From positions 178,746,001 to 178,810,000 of the forward strand of contig OZ024743.1 in NCBI GenBank assembly GCA_964016885.1: DNA of 64,000 nucleotides. The letters run 5' to 3'. This document shows, in pieces, positions 7,388 to 25,300 of this stretch. The position numbers and the translations under genes were made by a program. Numbering within the stretch: the first letter of the stretch is position 1; every line of letters begins with the position of its first letter. The notes beneath the pieces are model-generated. The model was not told the origin of the DNA. It searched no databases and was given only the letters and a program-made list of their open reading frames with translations. Source of the stretch: Eledone cirrhosa. Taxonomy: Eukaryota.

Positions 7388-10300
7388 CACCACCACAGCC
7401 ACTACCCCAACATCATCATCATCAACGACAACACCACCACCACAACCACTACCCCCAACATCATCATCATCAACGATACCACCCACCACCACAACCACTT
7501 TCCCCAACATCATCATCATCAACGACTACACCACCACCACAACCACTACACCCAACATCATCATCATCAACGACAACACCACCACCACAACCACTACCCC
7601 CAGCATCATCATCAACAAACAACACCACCACCACAACCACTACCCCCAACATCATCATCATCAACGACAACACCACCACCACAACCACTACCCCCAACAA
7701 CATCATCATCAACGACAACACCACCACCACAACCACTAACCCCAACATCATCAGTCATCAACGACAACACCACCACCACAACCACTACCCCAACATCATC
7801 ATCATCAACGACAACACCACCACCACAACCACTACCCCCAACATCATCATCATCAACGACAACACCACCACCACAACCACTTTCCCCCAACATCATCATC
7901 ATCAACGACACCACCACCACCACAACCACTACCCCCAACATCATAATCATCAACGACAACACCACCACCATAACCACTACCCCCAACATCATCATCATCA
8001 ACGACAACACCACCACCACAACCACTACCCCAACATCATCATCATCAACGACAACACCACCACCACAACCACTTTCCCCAACATCATCATCATCAATGAC
8101 ACCACCACCACCACAACCACTACCCCCAACATCATCATCATCAACGACAACACCACCACCACAAACACTAACCCCAACATCATCATCATCAACGACAACA
8201 CCACCACCACAACCACTTTCCCCAACATCATCATCATCAACATCAACGACAACACCACCACCACAACCACTACCCCCAACATCATCACACGACAACACCA
8301 CCACCACAACCACTACCCCAACATCATCATCATCATCATCAACGACAACACCAACACCACAACCACTAACCCCAACATCATCATCATCAACGACAACACC
8401 ACCACAACAACCACTAACCCCAACATCATCATCAACGACAACAACACCACCACAACCACTACCCCCAAACACCATCATCATCAACGACAACACCACCACC
8501 ACAACCACTACCCCCAACATCATCATCAACGACAACAACCACCACCACAACCACTACCCCAAACACCATCATCATCAACGACAACACCACCACCACAACC
8601 ACTACCCACATCATCATCATCATCCTCAACGACAACACCACCACCACAACCACTACCCCAACATAATCATCATCATCAACGACAACACCACCACAACAAC
8701 CACTAACCCCCAACATCATCATCATCAACGACAACACTACCAGCACAACCACTACCCCCATCATCATCATCATCATCAACGACAAGACCACCACCACAAC
8801 CACTACCCCCAAACACCATCATCATCAACGACAACACCACCACCACAACCACTACCCCCAACATCATCATCATCAACGACAACACCACCACCACAACCAC
8901 TACCCCAACATCATCATCATCATCAACGACAACACCACCACCACAACCACTACCCCCAACATCATCATCATCAACGACAACACCACCACCACAACCACTA
9001 CCCCCAAACACTCATCATCATCAACGACAACACCACCACCACAACCACTACCCCCAAACACCATCATCATCAACGACACCACACCACCACAACCACTACC
9101 CCCAACATCATCATCATCAACGACAACACCACCACCACAACCACTACCCCCAACATCATCATCATCAACGACAACACCACCACCACAACCACTACCCCCA
9201 ACATCATCATCATCAACGACAACACCACCACCACAACCACTACCCCCAACATCATCATCATCAACGACAACACCACCACAACCACTACCCCCAACATCAT
9301 CATCATCAACGACAACACCACCACCACAACCACTAACCCCAACATCATCATCATCAACGACACCACCACCACCACAACCACTACCCCAACATCATCATCA
9401 TCATCAACGACAACACCACCACCACAACCACTACCCACAACATCATCATCATCAACGACAACACCACCACCACAACCACTACCCCCAACATCATCATCAT
9501 CAACGACAACACCACCACCACAACCACTAACCCCAACATCATCATCATCAACGACAACACCACCACCACAGCCACTACCCCCAACATCATCATCATCAAC
9601 GACACCACCACCACCACAACCACTACCCCCAACATCATCATCATCAACGACAACACCACCACCACAACCACTAACCCCAACATCATCATCATCAACGACA
9701 CCACCACCACCACAACCACTACCCCCAACATCATCATCATCAACGACAACACCACCACCACAATCACTAACCCCAACATCATCATCATCAACGACAACAC
9801 CTACCACCACAACCACTACCCCCAACATCATCATCATCAACGACAACACCACCACCACAACCACTACCCCCAACATCATCATCATCAACGACAACACCAC
9901 CACCACAACCACTAACCCCAACATCATCATCATCCACGACAACACCACCACCACAAACCACTACCCCCAACATCATCATCATCAACGACACCACCACCAC
10001 CACAACCACTACCCCCAACATCATCATCATCAACGACAACACCACCTCCACAACCACTACCCCAACATCATCATCATCATCAAAGACAACACCACCACCA
10101 CAACTACTAGCCCCAACATCATCATCATCAACGACACCACCACCACCACAACCACTACCACAACATCATCATCATCATCAACGACAACACCACCACCACA
10201 ACCACTACCCCCAACATCTTCATCATCAACGACAACACCACCACCACAACCACTACCCCCAACATCTTCATCATCAACGACACCACCACCACCACAACCA

Positions 10301-13300
10301 CTAACCCCAACATCATCATCATCAACGACAACACCACCACCACAACCACTACCCCCAACATCATCATCAATCAACGACAACACCACCACCACAACCACTA
10401 CCCCAACATCATCATCATCAACGACAACACCACCACCACAACCACTACCCCCAACATCATCATCATCAACGACAACACCACCACCACAACCACTACCCCC
10501 AACATCATCATCATCAACGACAACACCACCACCACAACCTACTACCCCAACATCATCATCATCAACGACAACACCACCACCACAACCACTACCCCCAACA
10601 TCATCATCATCATCAACGACAACACCACCACCACAACCACTAACCCCAACATCATCATCATCATCAACGACAACACCACCACCACAACCACTTACCCCAA
10701 CATCATCATCATCAACGACAACACCACCACCACAACCACTACCCCCAACATCATCATCATCAACGACAACACCACCACCACAACCACTACCCCCAACATC
10801 TTCATCATCAACGACAACACCACCACCACAACCACTACCCCCAACATCTTCATCATCAACGACAACACCACCACCACAACCACTACCCCCAACATCATCA
10901 TCATCAACGACAACACCACCACCACAACCACTACCCCAACATCATCATCATCAACGACAACACCACCACCACAACCACTACCCCCAACATCATCATCATC
11001 AACGACAACACCACCACCACAACCACTACCCCCAACATCATCATCATCAACGACAACACCACCACCACAACCACTACCCCAACATCATCATCATCAACGA
11101 CAACACCACCACCACAACCACTACGCCCAACATCATCATCATCAACGACAACACCACCACCACAACCACTACCCCCAACATCATCATCATCAACGACAAC
11201 ACCACCACCACAACCACTACCCCCAACATCATCATCATCAACGACAACACCACCACCACAACCACTACCCCCAACATCATCATCATCAACGACAACACCA
11301 CCACCACAACCACAACCCCCAATATCATCATCATCAACGACAACACCACCACCACAACCACTACCCCAACATCATCATCATCAACGACAACACCACCACC
11401 ACAGCCACTACCCCCAACATCATCATCATCAACGACAACACCACCACCACAACCACTACCCCCAACATCATCATCATCAACGACAACACCACCACCACAA
11501 CCACTACCCCCAACATCATCATCATCAACGACAACACCACCACCACAACCACTACCCCCAACATCATCATCATCAACGACAACACCACCACCACAACCAC
11601 AACCCCCAATATCATCATCATCAACGACAACACCACCACCACAACCACTACCCCAACATCATCATCATCAACGACAACACCACCACCACAGCCACTACCC
11701 CCAACATCATCATCATCAACGACAACACCACCACCACAACCACTACGCCCAACATCATCATCATCAACGACAACACCACCACCACAACCACTACCCCCAA
11801 CATCATCATCATCAACGACAACACCACCACCACAACCACTACCCCCAACATCATCATCATCAACGACAACACCACCACCACAACCACTACCCCCAACATC
11901 ATCATCATCAACGACAACACCACCACCACAACCACAACCCCCAATATCATCATCATCAACGACAACACCACCACCACAACCACTACCCCAACATCATCAT
12001 CATCAACGACAACACCACCACCACAGCCACTACCCCCAACATCATCATCATCAACGACAACACCACCACCACAACCACTACCCCCAACATCATCATCATC
12101 AACGACAACACCACCACCACAACCACTACCCCCAACATCATCATCATCAACGACAACACCACCACCACAACCACTACCCCCAACATCATCATCATCAACG
12201 ACAACACCACCACCACAACCACAACCCCCAATATCATCATCATCAACGACAACACCACCACCACAACCACAACCCCCAATATCATCATCATCAACGACAA
12301 CACCACCACCACAACCACTACCCCAACATCATCATCATCAACGACAACACCACCACCACAGCCACTACCCCCAACATCATCATCATCAACGACAACACCA
12401 CCACCACAACCACTACCCCCAACATCATCATCATCAACGACAACACCACCACCACAACCACTACCCCCAACATCATCATCATCAACGACAACACCACCAC
12501 CACAACCACTACCCCCAACATCATCATCATCAACGACAACACCACCACCACAACCACAACCCCCAATATCATCATCATCAACGACAACACCACCACCACA
12601 ACCACTACCCCAACATCATCATCATCAACGACAACACCACCACCACAGCCACTACCCCCAACATCATCATCATCAACGACAACACCACCACCACAACCAC
12701 TACCCCCAACATCATCATCATCAACGATACCACCACCACCACAACCACTTTCCCCAACATCATCATCATCAACGACTACACCACCTCCACAACCACTACA
12801 CCCCACATCATCATCATCATCCTCAACGACACCACCACCACCACAACCACTATCCCCAACATCATCATCATCAACGACAACACCACCACAACAACCACTA
12901 ACGCCAACATCATCATCATCAACGACAACACTACCAGCACAACCACTACCCCCATCATCATCATCATCATCAACGACAAGACCACCACCACAACCACTAC
13001 CCCCAAACACCATCATCATCAACGACAACACCACCACCACAACCACTACCCCCAACATCATCATCATCAACGACAACACCACCACCACAACCACTACCCC
13101 CAACATCATCATCATCAACGACAACACCACCACCACAACCACTACCCCCAAACACCATCATCATCAACGACAACACCACCACCACAACCACTACCCCCAA
13201 ACACCATCATCATCAACGACACCACTACCACCACAACCACAACCCCCAACATCATCATCATCAACGACAACACCACCACCACAACCACTACCCCCAACAT

Positions 13301-16300
13301 CATCATCAACAACGACAACACCACCACCACAACCACTACCCCCAACATCATCATCATCAACGACAACACCACCACCACAACCACTACCCCCAACATCATC
13401 ATCATCAACGACAACACCACCACAACCACTACCCCCAACATCATCATCATCAACGACAACACCACCACCACAACCACTAACCCCAACATCATCATCATCA
13501 ACGACACCACCACCACCACAACCACTACCCCAACATCATCATCATCATCAACGACAACACCACCACCACAACCACTACCCACAACATCATCATCATCAAC
13601 GACAACACCACCACCACAACCACTACCCCCAACATCATCATCATCAACGACAACACCACCACCACAACCACTAACCCCAACATCATCATCATCAACGACA
13701 ACACCACCACCACAGCCACTACCCCCAACATCATCATCATCAACGACACCACCACCACCACAACCACTACCCCCAACATCATCATCATCAACGACAACAC
13801 CACCACCACAACCACTAACCCCAACATCATCATCATCAACGACACCACCACCACCACAACCACTACCCCCAACATCATCATCATCAACGACAACACCACC
13901 ACCACAATCACTAACCCCAACATCATCATCATCAACGACAACACTACCACCACAACCACTACCCCCAACATCATCATCATCAACGACACCACCACCACCA
14001 CAACCACTACCCCCAACATCATCATCATCAACGACAACACCACCACCACAACCACTAACCCCAACATCATCATCATCCACGACAACACCACCACCACAAC
14101 CACTACCCCCAACATCATCATCATCAACGACACCACCACCACCACAACCACTACCCCCAACATCATCATCATCAACGACAACACCACCTCCACAACCACT
14201 ACCCCAACATCATCATCATCATCAAAGACAACACCACCACCACAAATACTAGCCCCAACATCATCATCATCAACGACACCACCACCACCACAACCACTAC
14301 CACAACATCATCATCATCATCAACGACAACACCACCACCACAACCACTACCCCCAACATCTTCATCATCAACGACAACACCACCACCACAACCACTACCC
14401 CCAACATCTTCATCATCAACGACACCACCACCACCACAACCACTAACCCCAACATCATCATCATCAACGACAACACCACCACCACAACCACTACCCCCAA
14501 CATCATCACAATCAACGACACCACCACCACCACAACCACTACCCCAACATCTTCATCATCAACGACACCACCACCACCACAACCACTACCCCCAACATCA
14601 TCATCATCAACGACAACACCACCACCACAACCACTACCCCCAACATCTTCATCATCAACGACAACACCACCACCACAACCACTACCCCCAACATCTTCAT
14701 CATCAACGACAACACCACCACCACAACTACTACCCCAACATCATCATCATCAACGACAACACCACCACCACAACCACTACCCCCAACATCATCATCATCA
14801 TCAACGACAACACCACCACCACAACCATTAACCCCAACATCATCATCATCATCAACGACAACACCACCACCACAACCACTTACCCCAACATCATCATCAT
14901 CAACGACAACACCACCACCACAACCACTTACCCCAACATCATCGTCATCAACGACACCACCACCACCACAACACTACCCCCAACATCATCATCATCATCA
15001 ACGACAACACCACCACCACAACCACTTACCCCAACATCATCATCATCATCAACGACAACACCACCACCACACCCACTAGCCCCAACACCATCATCATCAA
15101 CGACACCACCACCACCACCACCACCACTACCCCCAACATCATCATCATCATCAACGACAACACCACCACCACAACCACTACCCCCAACATCATCATCATC
15201 AACGACAACACCACCACCACAACCACTAACCCCAACATCATCATCATCAACGACAACACCACCACCACAACCACTACCCCCAACATCATCATCATCAACG
15301 ACACCACCACCACCACAACCACTACCCCCAACATCATCATCATCAACGACAACACCACCACCACAACCACTAACCCCAACATCATCATCATCAACGACAC
15401 CACCACCACCACAACCACTACCCCCAACATCATCATCATCAACGACAACACCACCACCACAATCACTAACCCCAACATCATCATCATCAACGACAACACT
15501 ACCACCACAACCACTACCCCCAACATCATCATCATCAACGACACCACCACCACCACAACCACTACCCCCAACATCATCATCATCAACGACAACACCACCA
15601 CCACAACCACTAACCCCAACATCATCATCATCCACGACAACACCACCACCACAACCACTAACCCCAACATCATCATCATCCACGACAACACCACCACCAC
15701 AACCACTACCCCCAACATCATCATCATCAACGACACCACCACCACCACAACCACTACCCCCAACATCATCATCATCAACGACAACACCACCACCACAACC
15801 ACTAACCCCAACATCATCATCATCCACGACAACACCACCACCACAACCACTACCCCCAACATCATCATCATCAACGACACCACCACCACCACAACCACTA
15901 CCCCCAACATCATCATCATCAACGACAACACCACCTCCACAACCACTACCCCAACATCATCATCATCATCAAAGACAACACCACCACCACAAATACTAGC
16001 CCCAACATCATCATCATCAACGACAACACCACCACCACAACCACTACCCCCAACATCATCATCATCAACGACACCACCACCACCACAACCACTACCACAA
16101 CATCATCATCATCATCAACGACAACACCACCACCACAACCACTACCCCCAACATCTTCATCATCAACGACAGCACCACCACCACAACCACTACCCCCAAC
16201 ATCTTCATCATCAACGACACCACCACCACCACAACCACTAACCCCAACATCATCATCATCAACGACAACACCACCACCACAACCACTACCCCCAACATCA

Positions 16301-19300
16301 TCACAATCAACGACACCACCACCACCACAACCACTACCCCAACATCTTCATCATCAACGACACCACCACCACCACAACCACTACCCCCAACATCATCATC
16401 ATCAACGACAACACCACCACCACAACCACTACCCCCAACATCTTCATCATCAACGACAACACCACCACCACAACTACTACCCCAACATCATCATCATCAA
16501 CGACAACACCACCACCACAACCACTACCCCCAACATCATCATCATCATCAACGACAACACCACCACCACAACCATTAACCCCAACATCATCATCATCATC
16601 AACGACAACACCACCACCACAACCACTTACCCCAACATCATCATCATCAACGACAACACCACCACCACAACCACTTACCCCAACATCATCGTCATCAACG
16701 ACACCACCACCACCACAACACTACCCCCAACATCATCATCATCATCAACGACAACACCACCACCACAACCACTTACCCCAACATCATCATCATCATCAAC
16801 GACAACACCACCACCACACCCACTAGCCCCAACATCATCATCATCAACGACACCACCACCACCACCACCACCACTACCCCCAACATCATCATCATCATCA
16901 ACGACAACACCACCACCACAACCACTACCCCCAACATCATCATCATCATCAACGACAACACCACCACCACACCCACTAGCCCCAACATTATCATCATCAA
17001 CGACACCAACACCACCACCACCACTACCCCCAACATCATCATCATCATCAACGACAACACCACCACCACAACCACTACCCCCAACATCATCATCATCATC
17101 AACGACAACACCACCACCACGCCCACTAGCCCCAACATCATCATCATCAACGACACCACCACCACCACCACTACCCCCAACATCATCATCATCAACGACA
17201 ACACCACCACCACCACCACTACCCCCAACATCATCATCATCAACGACACCACCACCACCACCACCACCATTACCCCCAACATCATCATCATCAACGACAC
17301 CACCACCACCACAACCACTACCCCCAACATCATCATCATCAACGACAACACCACCACCACAACCGCTAACCCCAACATCATCATCATCAACGACACCACC
17401 ACCACCACAACCACTACCCCCAACATCATCATCATCATCAACGACAACACCCCCACCACACCCACTAGCCCCAACATCATCATCATCAACGACAACACCA
17501 CCACCACACCCACTAGCCCCAACATCATCATCATCAACGACACCACCACCACCACAACCACTACCCCCAACAACATCATCATCAACGACAACACCACCAC
17601 CACCACCACTACCCCCAACATCATCATCATCAACGACACCACCACCACCACAACCACTACCCCCAACATCATCATCATCAACGACAACACCACCACCACC
17701 ACCACTACCCCCAACATCATCATCATCAACGACACCACCACCACCACAACCACTACCCCCAGCATCATCATCATCAACGACAACACCACCACCACAACCA
17801 CTACCCCCAACATCATCATCATCAACGACAACACCACCACCACAACCACTACCCCCAACATCATCATCGTCAACGACAGCACCACCACCACAACCACTAC
17901 CCCCAACATCATCATCATCAACGACAACACCACCACAACCACTACCCCAACATCATCATCGTCAACGACAACACCACCACCACAACCACTACCCCCAACA
18001 TCATCATCATCAACGACAACACCACCACAACCCCTACCCCAACATCATCATCGTCAACGACACCACCACCACCACAACCACTACCCCAACATCATCATCA
18101 ACGACAACACCACCACCACAACAACTACCCCCAACATCATCATCGTCAACGACAACACCACCACCATAACTACTACCCCAACATCATCATCAACGACAAC
18201 ACCACCACCACAACCTCTACCCCCAACATCATCATCATCAACGACAACACCACCACCACAACCACTACCCCCAACATCATCATCAACGACAACACCACCA
18301 CCACAACTACTACCCCAACATCATCATCAACGACAACACCACCACCACAACCACTACCCCCAACATCATCATCGTCAACGACAACACCACCACCACAACT
18401 ACTACCCCAACATCATCATAAACGACAACACCACCACCACAACCACTAGCCCAAACATCATCATCGTCAACGACAACACCACCACCAGAACTACTACCCC
18501 AACATCATCATCAACGACAACACCACCACCACAACCTCTACCCCCAACATCATCATCATCAACGACAACACCACCACCACAACCACTACCCCCAACATCA
18601 TCATCAACGACAGCACCACCACCACAACCGCTAGCCCAAACATCATCATCATCAACGACAACACCACCACCACAACCATTACCCCAACTTCATCATCATC
18701 AACGACAACACCACCACCACAACCACTACCCCAACATCATCATCATCAACGACAACACCAGCACCACAACCACTACCCACAACATCATCATCATCAACGA
18801 CAACACCACCACCACAACCACTACCCCCAACATCATCATCATCAACGACAACACCACCACCACAACCACTACCCACAACATCATCATCATCATCGACACC
18901 ACCACCACCACAACCACTATCCCCAACATCATCATCATCAACGACAACACCACCACCACAACCACTACCCACAACATCATCATCATCAACGACACCACCA
19001 CCACCACAACCACTATCCCCAACATCATCATCATCAACGACAACAGCACCACCACAACCACTATCCCCAACATCATCATCATCTACGACAACACCACCAC
19101 CACAACCACTACCCCCAACATCATCATCATCAACGACAACACCACCACCACAACCACTACCCCCAAAATCATCATCATCAACGACAACACCACCACCACA
19201 ACCACTACCCCCAACATCATCATCATCAACGACAATACCACCACCACAACCACTACCCCCAAAATCATCATCATCAACGACAACACCACCACCACAACCA

Positions 19301-22300
19301 CTACCCCCAACATCATCATCAGCAACGACAACACCACCACCACAACCACTACCCCCAACATCATCATCATCAACGACAACACCACCACCACAACCACTAC
19401 CCCCAACATCATCATCATCAACGACAACACCACCACCACAACCACTACCCCCAACATCATCATCATCAACGACAACATCACCACCACAACCACTACCCCC
19501 AACATCATCATCATCAACGACAACACCACCACCACAACCGCTAACCCCAACATCATCATCATCAACGACAACACCACCACCACAACCACTACCCCCAACA
19601 TCATCATCATCAACGACAACACCACCACCACAACCACTACCACAACATCATCATCATCAACGACAACACCACCACCACAACCACTATTCCAACATCATCA
19701 TCATCAACGACAACACCACCACCACAACCACTACCCCCAACATCATCATCATCAACGACAACACCACCACCACAACCGCTAACCCCAACATCATCATCAT
19801 CAACGACACCACCACCACCACAACCACTACCCCAACATCATCATCATCAACGAGAACACCACCACCACAACCATTACCCCCAACATCATCATCATCAACG
19901 ACAACACCACCACCACAACCGCTAACCCCAACATCATCATCATCAACGACAACACCACCACCACAACCACTACCCCCAACATCATCATCATCAACGACAA
20001 CACCACCACCACAACCGCTAACCCCAACATCATCATCATCAACGACAACACCACCACCACAACCACTACCCCCAACATCATCATCATCAACGACAACACC
20101 ACCACCACAACCACTACTCCCAACATCATCATCATCAACGACACCACCACAAAAACTACACCCATCATCATCATCATCAACTACAACACCACCACCACAA
20201 CCACTACCCCCAACATCATCATCATCAACTACAACACCACCACCACAACCACTACTCCCAACATCATCATCATCAACGATAACACCACCACCACAACCAC
20301 TACCCCCAACATCATCATCATCAACTACAACACCACCACCACAACCACTACTCCCAACATCATCATCATCAACGACACCACCACAAAAACTACCCCCATC
20401 ATCATTATCATCAACTACAACACCACCACCACAACCACTACCCGCAACATCATCGTCATCAACGACAACACCACCACCACAACCGCTACCCCCAACATCA
20501 TCATCAACGACAACACCACCACCACAACCGCTACCCCCAACATCATCATCAACGACAACACCACCACCACAACCGCTACCCCCAACATCATCATCATCAA
20601 CGATAACACCACCACCACAACCGCTAACCCCAACATCATCATCAACGACAACACCACCACCACAACCACTACCCCCAACATCATCATCATCAACGATAAC
20701 ACCACCACCACAACCACTACCCCCAACATCATCATCATCAACGATAACACCACCACCACAACCGCTACCCCCAACATCATCATCAACGCCAACACCACCA
20801 CCACAACCACTACCCCCAACATCATCATCATCAACGACAACACCACCACCACAACCACTACTCCCAACATCATCATCATCAACGACACCACCACAAAAAC
20901 TACACCCATCATCATCATCATCAACTACAACACCACCACCACAACCACTACCCCCAACATCATCATCATCAACTACAACACCACCACCACAACCACTACT
21001 CCCAACATCCTCATCATCAACGATAACACCACCACCACAACCACTACCCCCAACATCATCATCGTCAACGACAACACCACCACCACAACTACTACCCCAA
21101 CATCATCATCAACGACAACACCACCACCACAACCACTAGCCCAAACATCATCATCGTCAACGACAACACCACCACCACAACTACTACCCCAACATCATCA
21201 TCAACGACAACACCACCACCACAACCTCTACCTCCAACATCATCATCATCAACGACAACACCACCACCACAACCACTACCCCCAACATCATCATCATCAA
21301 CGACAACACCACCACCACAACCACTACCCCCAACATCATCATCAACGACAGCACCACCACCACAACCACTAGCCCAAACATCATCATCATCAACGACAAC
21401 ACCACCACCACAACCACTACCCCAACTTCATCATCATCAACGACAACACCACCACCACAACCACTACCCCAACATCATCATCATCAACGACAACACCACC
21501 ACCACAACCACTACCCCCAACATCATCGTCATCAACGACAACACCACCACCACAACCACTACTCCCAACATCATCATCATCAACGACACCACCACCACCA
21601 CAACCGCTAACCCCAACATCATCATCATCAACGACAACACCACCACCACAACCGCTAACCCCAACATCATCATCAACGACAACACCACCACCACAACCAC
21701 TACCCCCAACATCATCATCATCAACGATAACACCACCACCACAACCGCTACCCCCAACATCATCATCATCAACGATAACACCACCACCACAACCGCTACC
21801 CCCAACATCATCATCAACGACAACACCACCACCACAACCACTACCCCCAACATCATCATCATCAACGATAACACCACCACCACAACCGCTACCCCCAACA
21901 TCATCATCAACGACAACACCACCACCACAACCACTACCCCCAACATCATCATCATCAACGACAACACCACCACCACAAGCACTACCCCCAACATCATCAT
22001 CATCAACGATAACACCACCACCACAACCGCTACCCCCAACATCATCATCAACGACAACACCACCACCACAACCACTACCCCCAACATCATCATCATCAAC
22101 GATAACACCACCACCACAACCGCTACCCCCAACATCATCATCAACGACAACATCACCACCACAACCACTACCCCCAACATCATCATCATCAACGATAACA
22201 CCACCACCACAACCGCTACCCCCAACATCATCATCAACGACAACACCACCACCACAATCACTACCCCCAACATCATCATCATCAACGACAACACCACCAC

Positions 22301-25300
22301 CACAACCACTACCCCCAACATCATCATCATCAACGATAACACCACCACCACAACCGCTACCCCCAACATCATCATCATCAACGATAACACCACCACCACA
22401 ACCACTACCCCCAACATCATCATCATCAACGACAACACCACAACCACTACCCCAACATCATCATCAACGACAACACCACCGCCACAACCACTACCCCAAC
22501 ATCATCATCAACGACAACACCACCACCACAACCACTACCCCCAACATCATCATCATCAACAACAACACCACCACCACAACGACTACCCCAACATCATCAT
22601 CAACGACAACACCACCGCCACAACCACTACCCTAACATCATCATCAACGACAACACCACCACCACAACCACAACCCCAACATCATCATCATCAACGACAA
22701 CACCACCACCACAACCACTACCCCAACATCATCATCATCAACGACAACACCACCACCACAACCACTAACCCCAACATCATCATCATCAACGACAACACCA
22801 CCACCACAAACACTACCCCCAAACACCATCATCATCAACGACAACACCACCACCACAACCACTACCCCAACATCATCATCATCAACGACAACACCACCAC
22901 CACAACCGCTACCCCCAACATCATCGTCATCAACGACAACACCACCACCACAACCACTACCCCAACATCATCGTCATCAACGACAACACCACCACCACAA
23001 CCACTACCCCAACATCATCATCATCAACGACACCACCACCACCACAACCACTACACCCAACATCATCATCATCAACGACAACACCACCACCACAACCACT
23101 ACCCCAACATCATCATCATCAACGACACCACCACCACCCCAACCACTACCCCAACATCATCATCATCATCAACGACAACACCACCACCACAACCACTACC
23201 CCAACATCATCATCATCAACGACACCACCACCACCACAACCACTACCCCAACATCATCATCATCAACGACAACACCACCACCACAACCACTAACCCCAAC
23301 ATTATCATCATCAACGACAACACCACCACCACAACCACTACCCCCAACATCATCATCATCAACGACAACACCACCACCACAACCACTACCCCAACATCAT
23401 CATCATCAACGACAAAACCACCACCACAACCACTACCCCCAACATCATCATCATCAACGACAACACCACCACCACAACCACTACCCCAACATCATCATCA
23501 TCAACGATAACACCACCACCACAACCACTACCCCAACATCATCATCATCAACGACAACACCACTACCACAACCACTACCCCCAACATCATCATCAATCAA
23601 CGATAACACCACCACCACAACCATTAAGCCCAACATCATCATCATCAACGACAACACCACCACCACAACCACTACCCCAACATCATCCTCATCAACGACA
23701 CCACCACCACCACAACCACTACCCCAACATCATCATCAACGGCAACACCACCACCACAACCACTACCCCCATCATCCTCATCATCAACGACAACACCACC
23801 ACCACCACAACCACTACCCCAACATCATCATCATCAACGACAACACCACCACCACAACCACTACCCCCAACATCATCATCATCAACGACAACACCACCAC
23901 CACAACCACTATCCCAACATCATCATCATCAACGACAACACCACCACCACAACCACTATCCCAACATCATCATCATCAACGACAACACCACCACCACAAC
24001 CACTACCCCAACATCATCATCATCAACGATAACACCACCACCACAACCACTACCCCCAACATCATCATCATCAACGACAACACCACCACCACAACCATTA
24101 CCCCAACATCATCATCATCAACGACAACACCACCACCACAACCACTACCCCCATCATCATCATCATCAACGACAACACCACCACCACAACCAATACCCCC
24201 AAACACCATCAACATCAACGACAACACCACCACCACAACCACTACCCCCAACAACATCATCATCAACGACAACACCACCACCACATCCATTAACCCCAAC
24301 CTCATCATCAACAACGACAACACCACCACCACAACCATTAACCCCAACCTCATCATCATCAACTACAACACCACCACCACAACCACTACGCCCAACATCA
24401 TCATCATCAACGACAACACCACCACCACAACCACTACCCCAACATCATCATCATCAACGACAACACCACCACCACAACCACTACCCCAACATCATCATCA
24501 TCAACGACACCACCACCACCACAACCACTACCCCAACATCATCATCATCAACGACAACACCACCACCACAACCACTAACCCCAACATCATCATTATCAAC
24601 GACAACACCACCACCACAACCACTACCCCCAACATCATCATCATCAACGACAACACCACCACCACAACCACTACCCCAACATCATCATCATCAACGACAA
24701 CACCACCACAACAACCACTACCCCCAACATCATCATCATCAACGACAACACCACCACCACAACCACTACCCCAACATCATCATCATCAACGATAACACCA
24801 CCACCACAACCATTAAGCCCATCATCATCATCATCAACGGCAAACACCACCACCACAACCACTACCCCAACATCATCATCAACGATAACACCACCACCAC
24901 AACCACTACCCCCAACATCATCATCATCAACGACAACACCACCACCACAACCACTACCCCCAACATCATCATCATCAACGACAACACCATCACCACAACC
25001 ACTACCCCCAACATCATCATCATCAACGACAACACCACCACCACAACCGCTAACCCCAACATCATCATCATCAACGACAACACCACCACCACAACCACTA
25101 CTCCCAACATCATCATCATCAACGACACCACCACAAAAACTACCCCATCATCATCATCATCAACGACACCACCACCACCACAACCGCTAACCCCAACATC
25201 ATCATCATCAACGACAACACCACCACCACAACCGCTAACCCCAACATCATCATCAACGACAACACCACCACCACAACCACTACCCCCAACATCATCATCA

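Noticed and set aside
7100-7450. Physical or functional link between the TE nest and the satellite (e.g. PLE acting at an array or chromosome end)
   Set aside because: They are separated by a placeholder 200-N gap, so true distance and adjacency are unknown; the PLE is EN+ rather than a terminal EN- type.
7166-12901. 1911-aa ORF (and 511-aa and 646-aa plus-strand ORFs) as a mucin/His-rich protein gene
   Set aside because: The first two start before and read through an N gap. All cycle among the three frame peptides via 1-bp indels, so there is no frame conservation; these are satellite translation artefacts.
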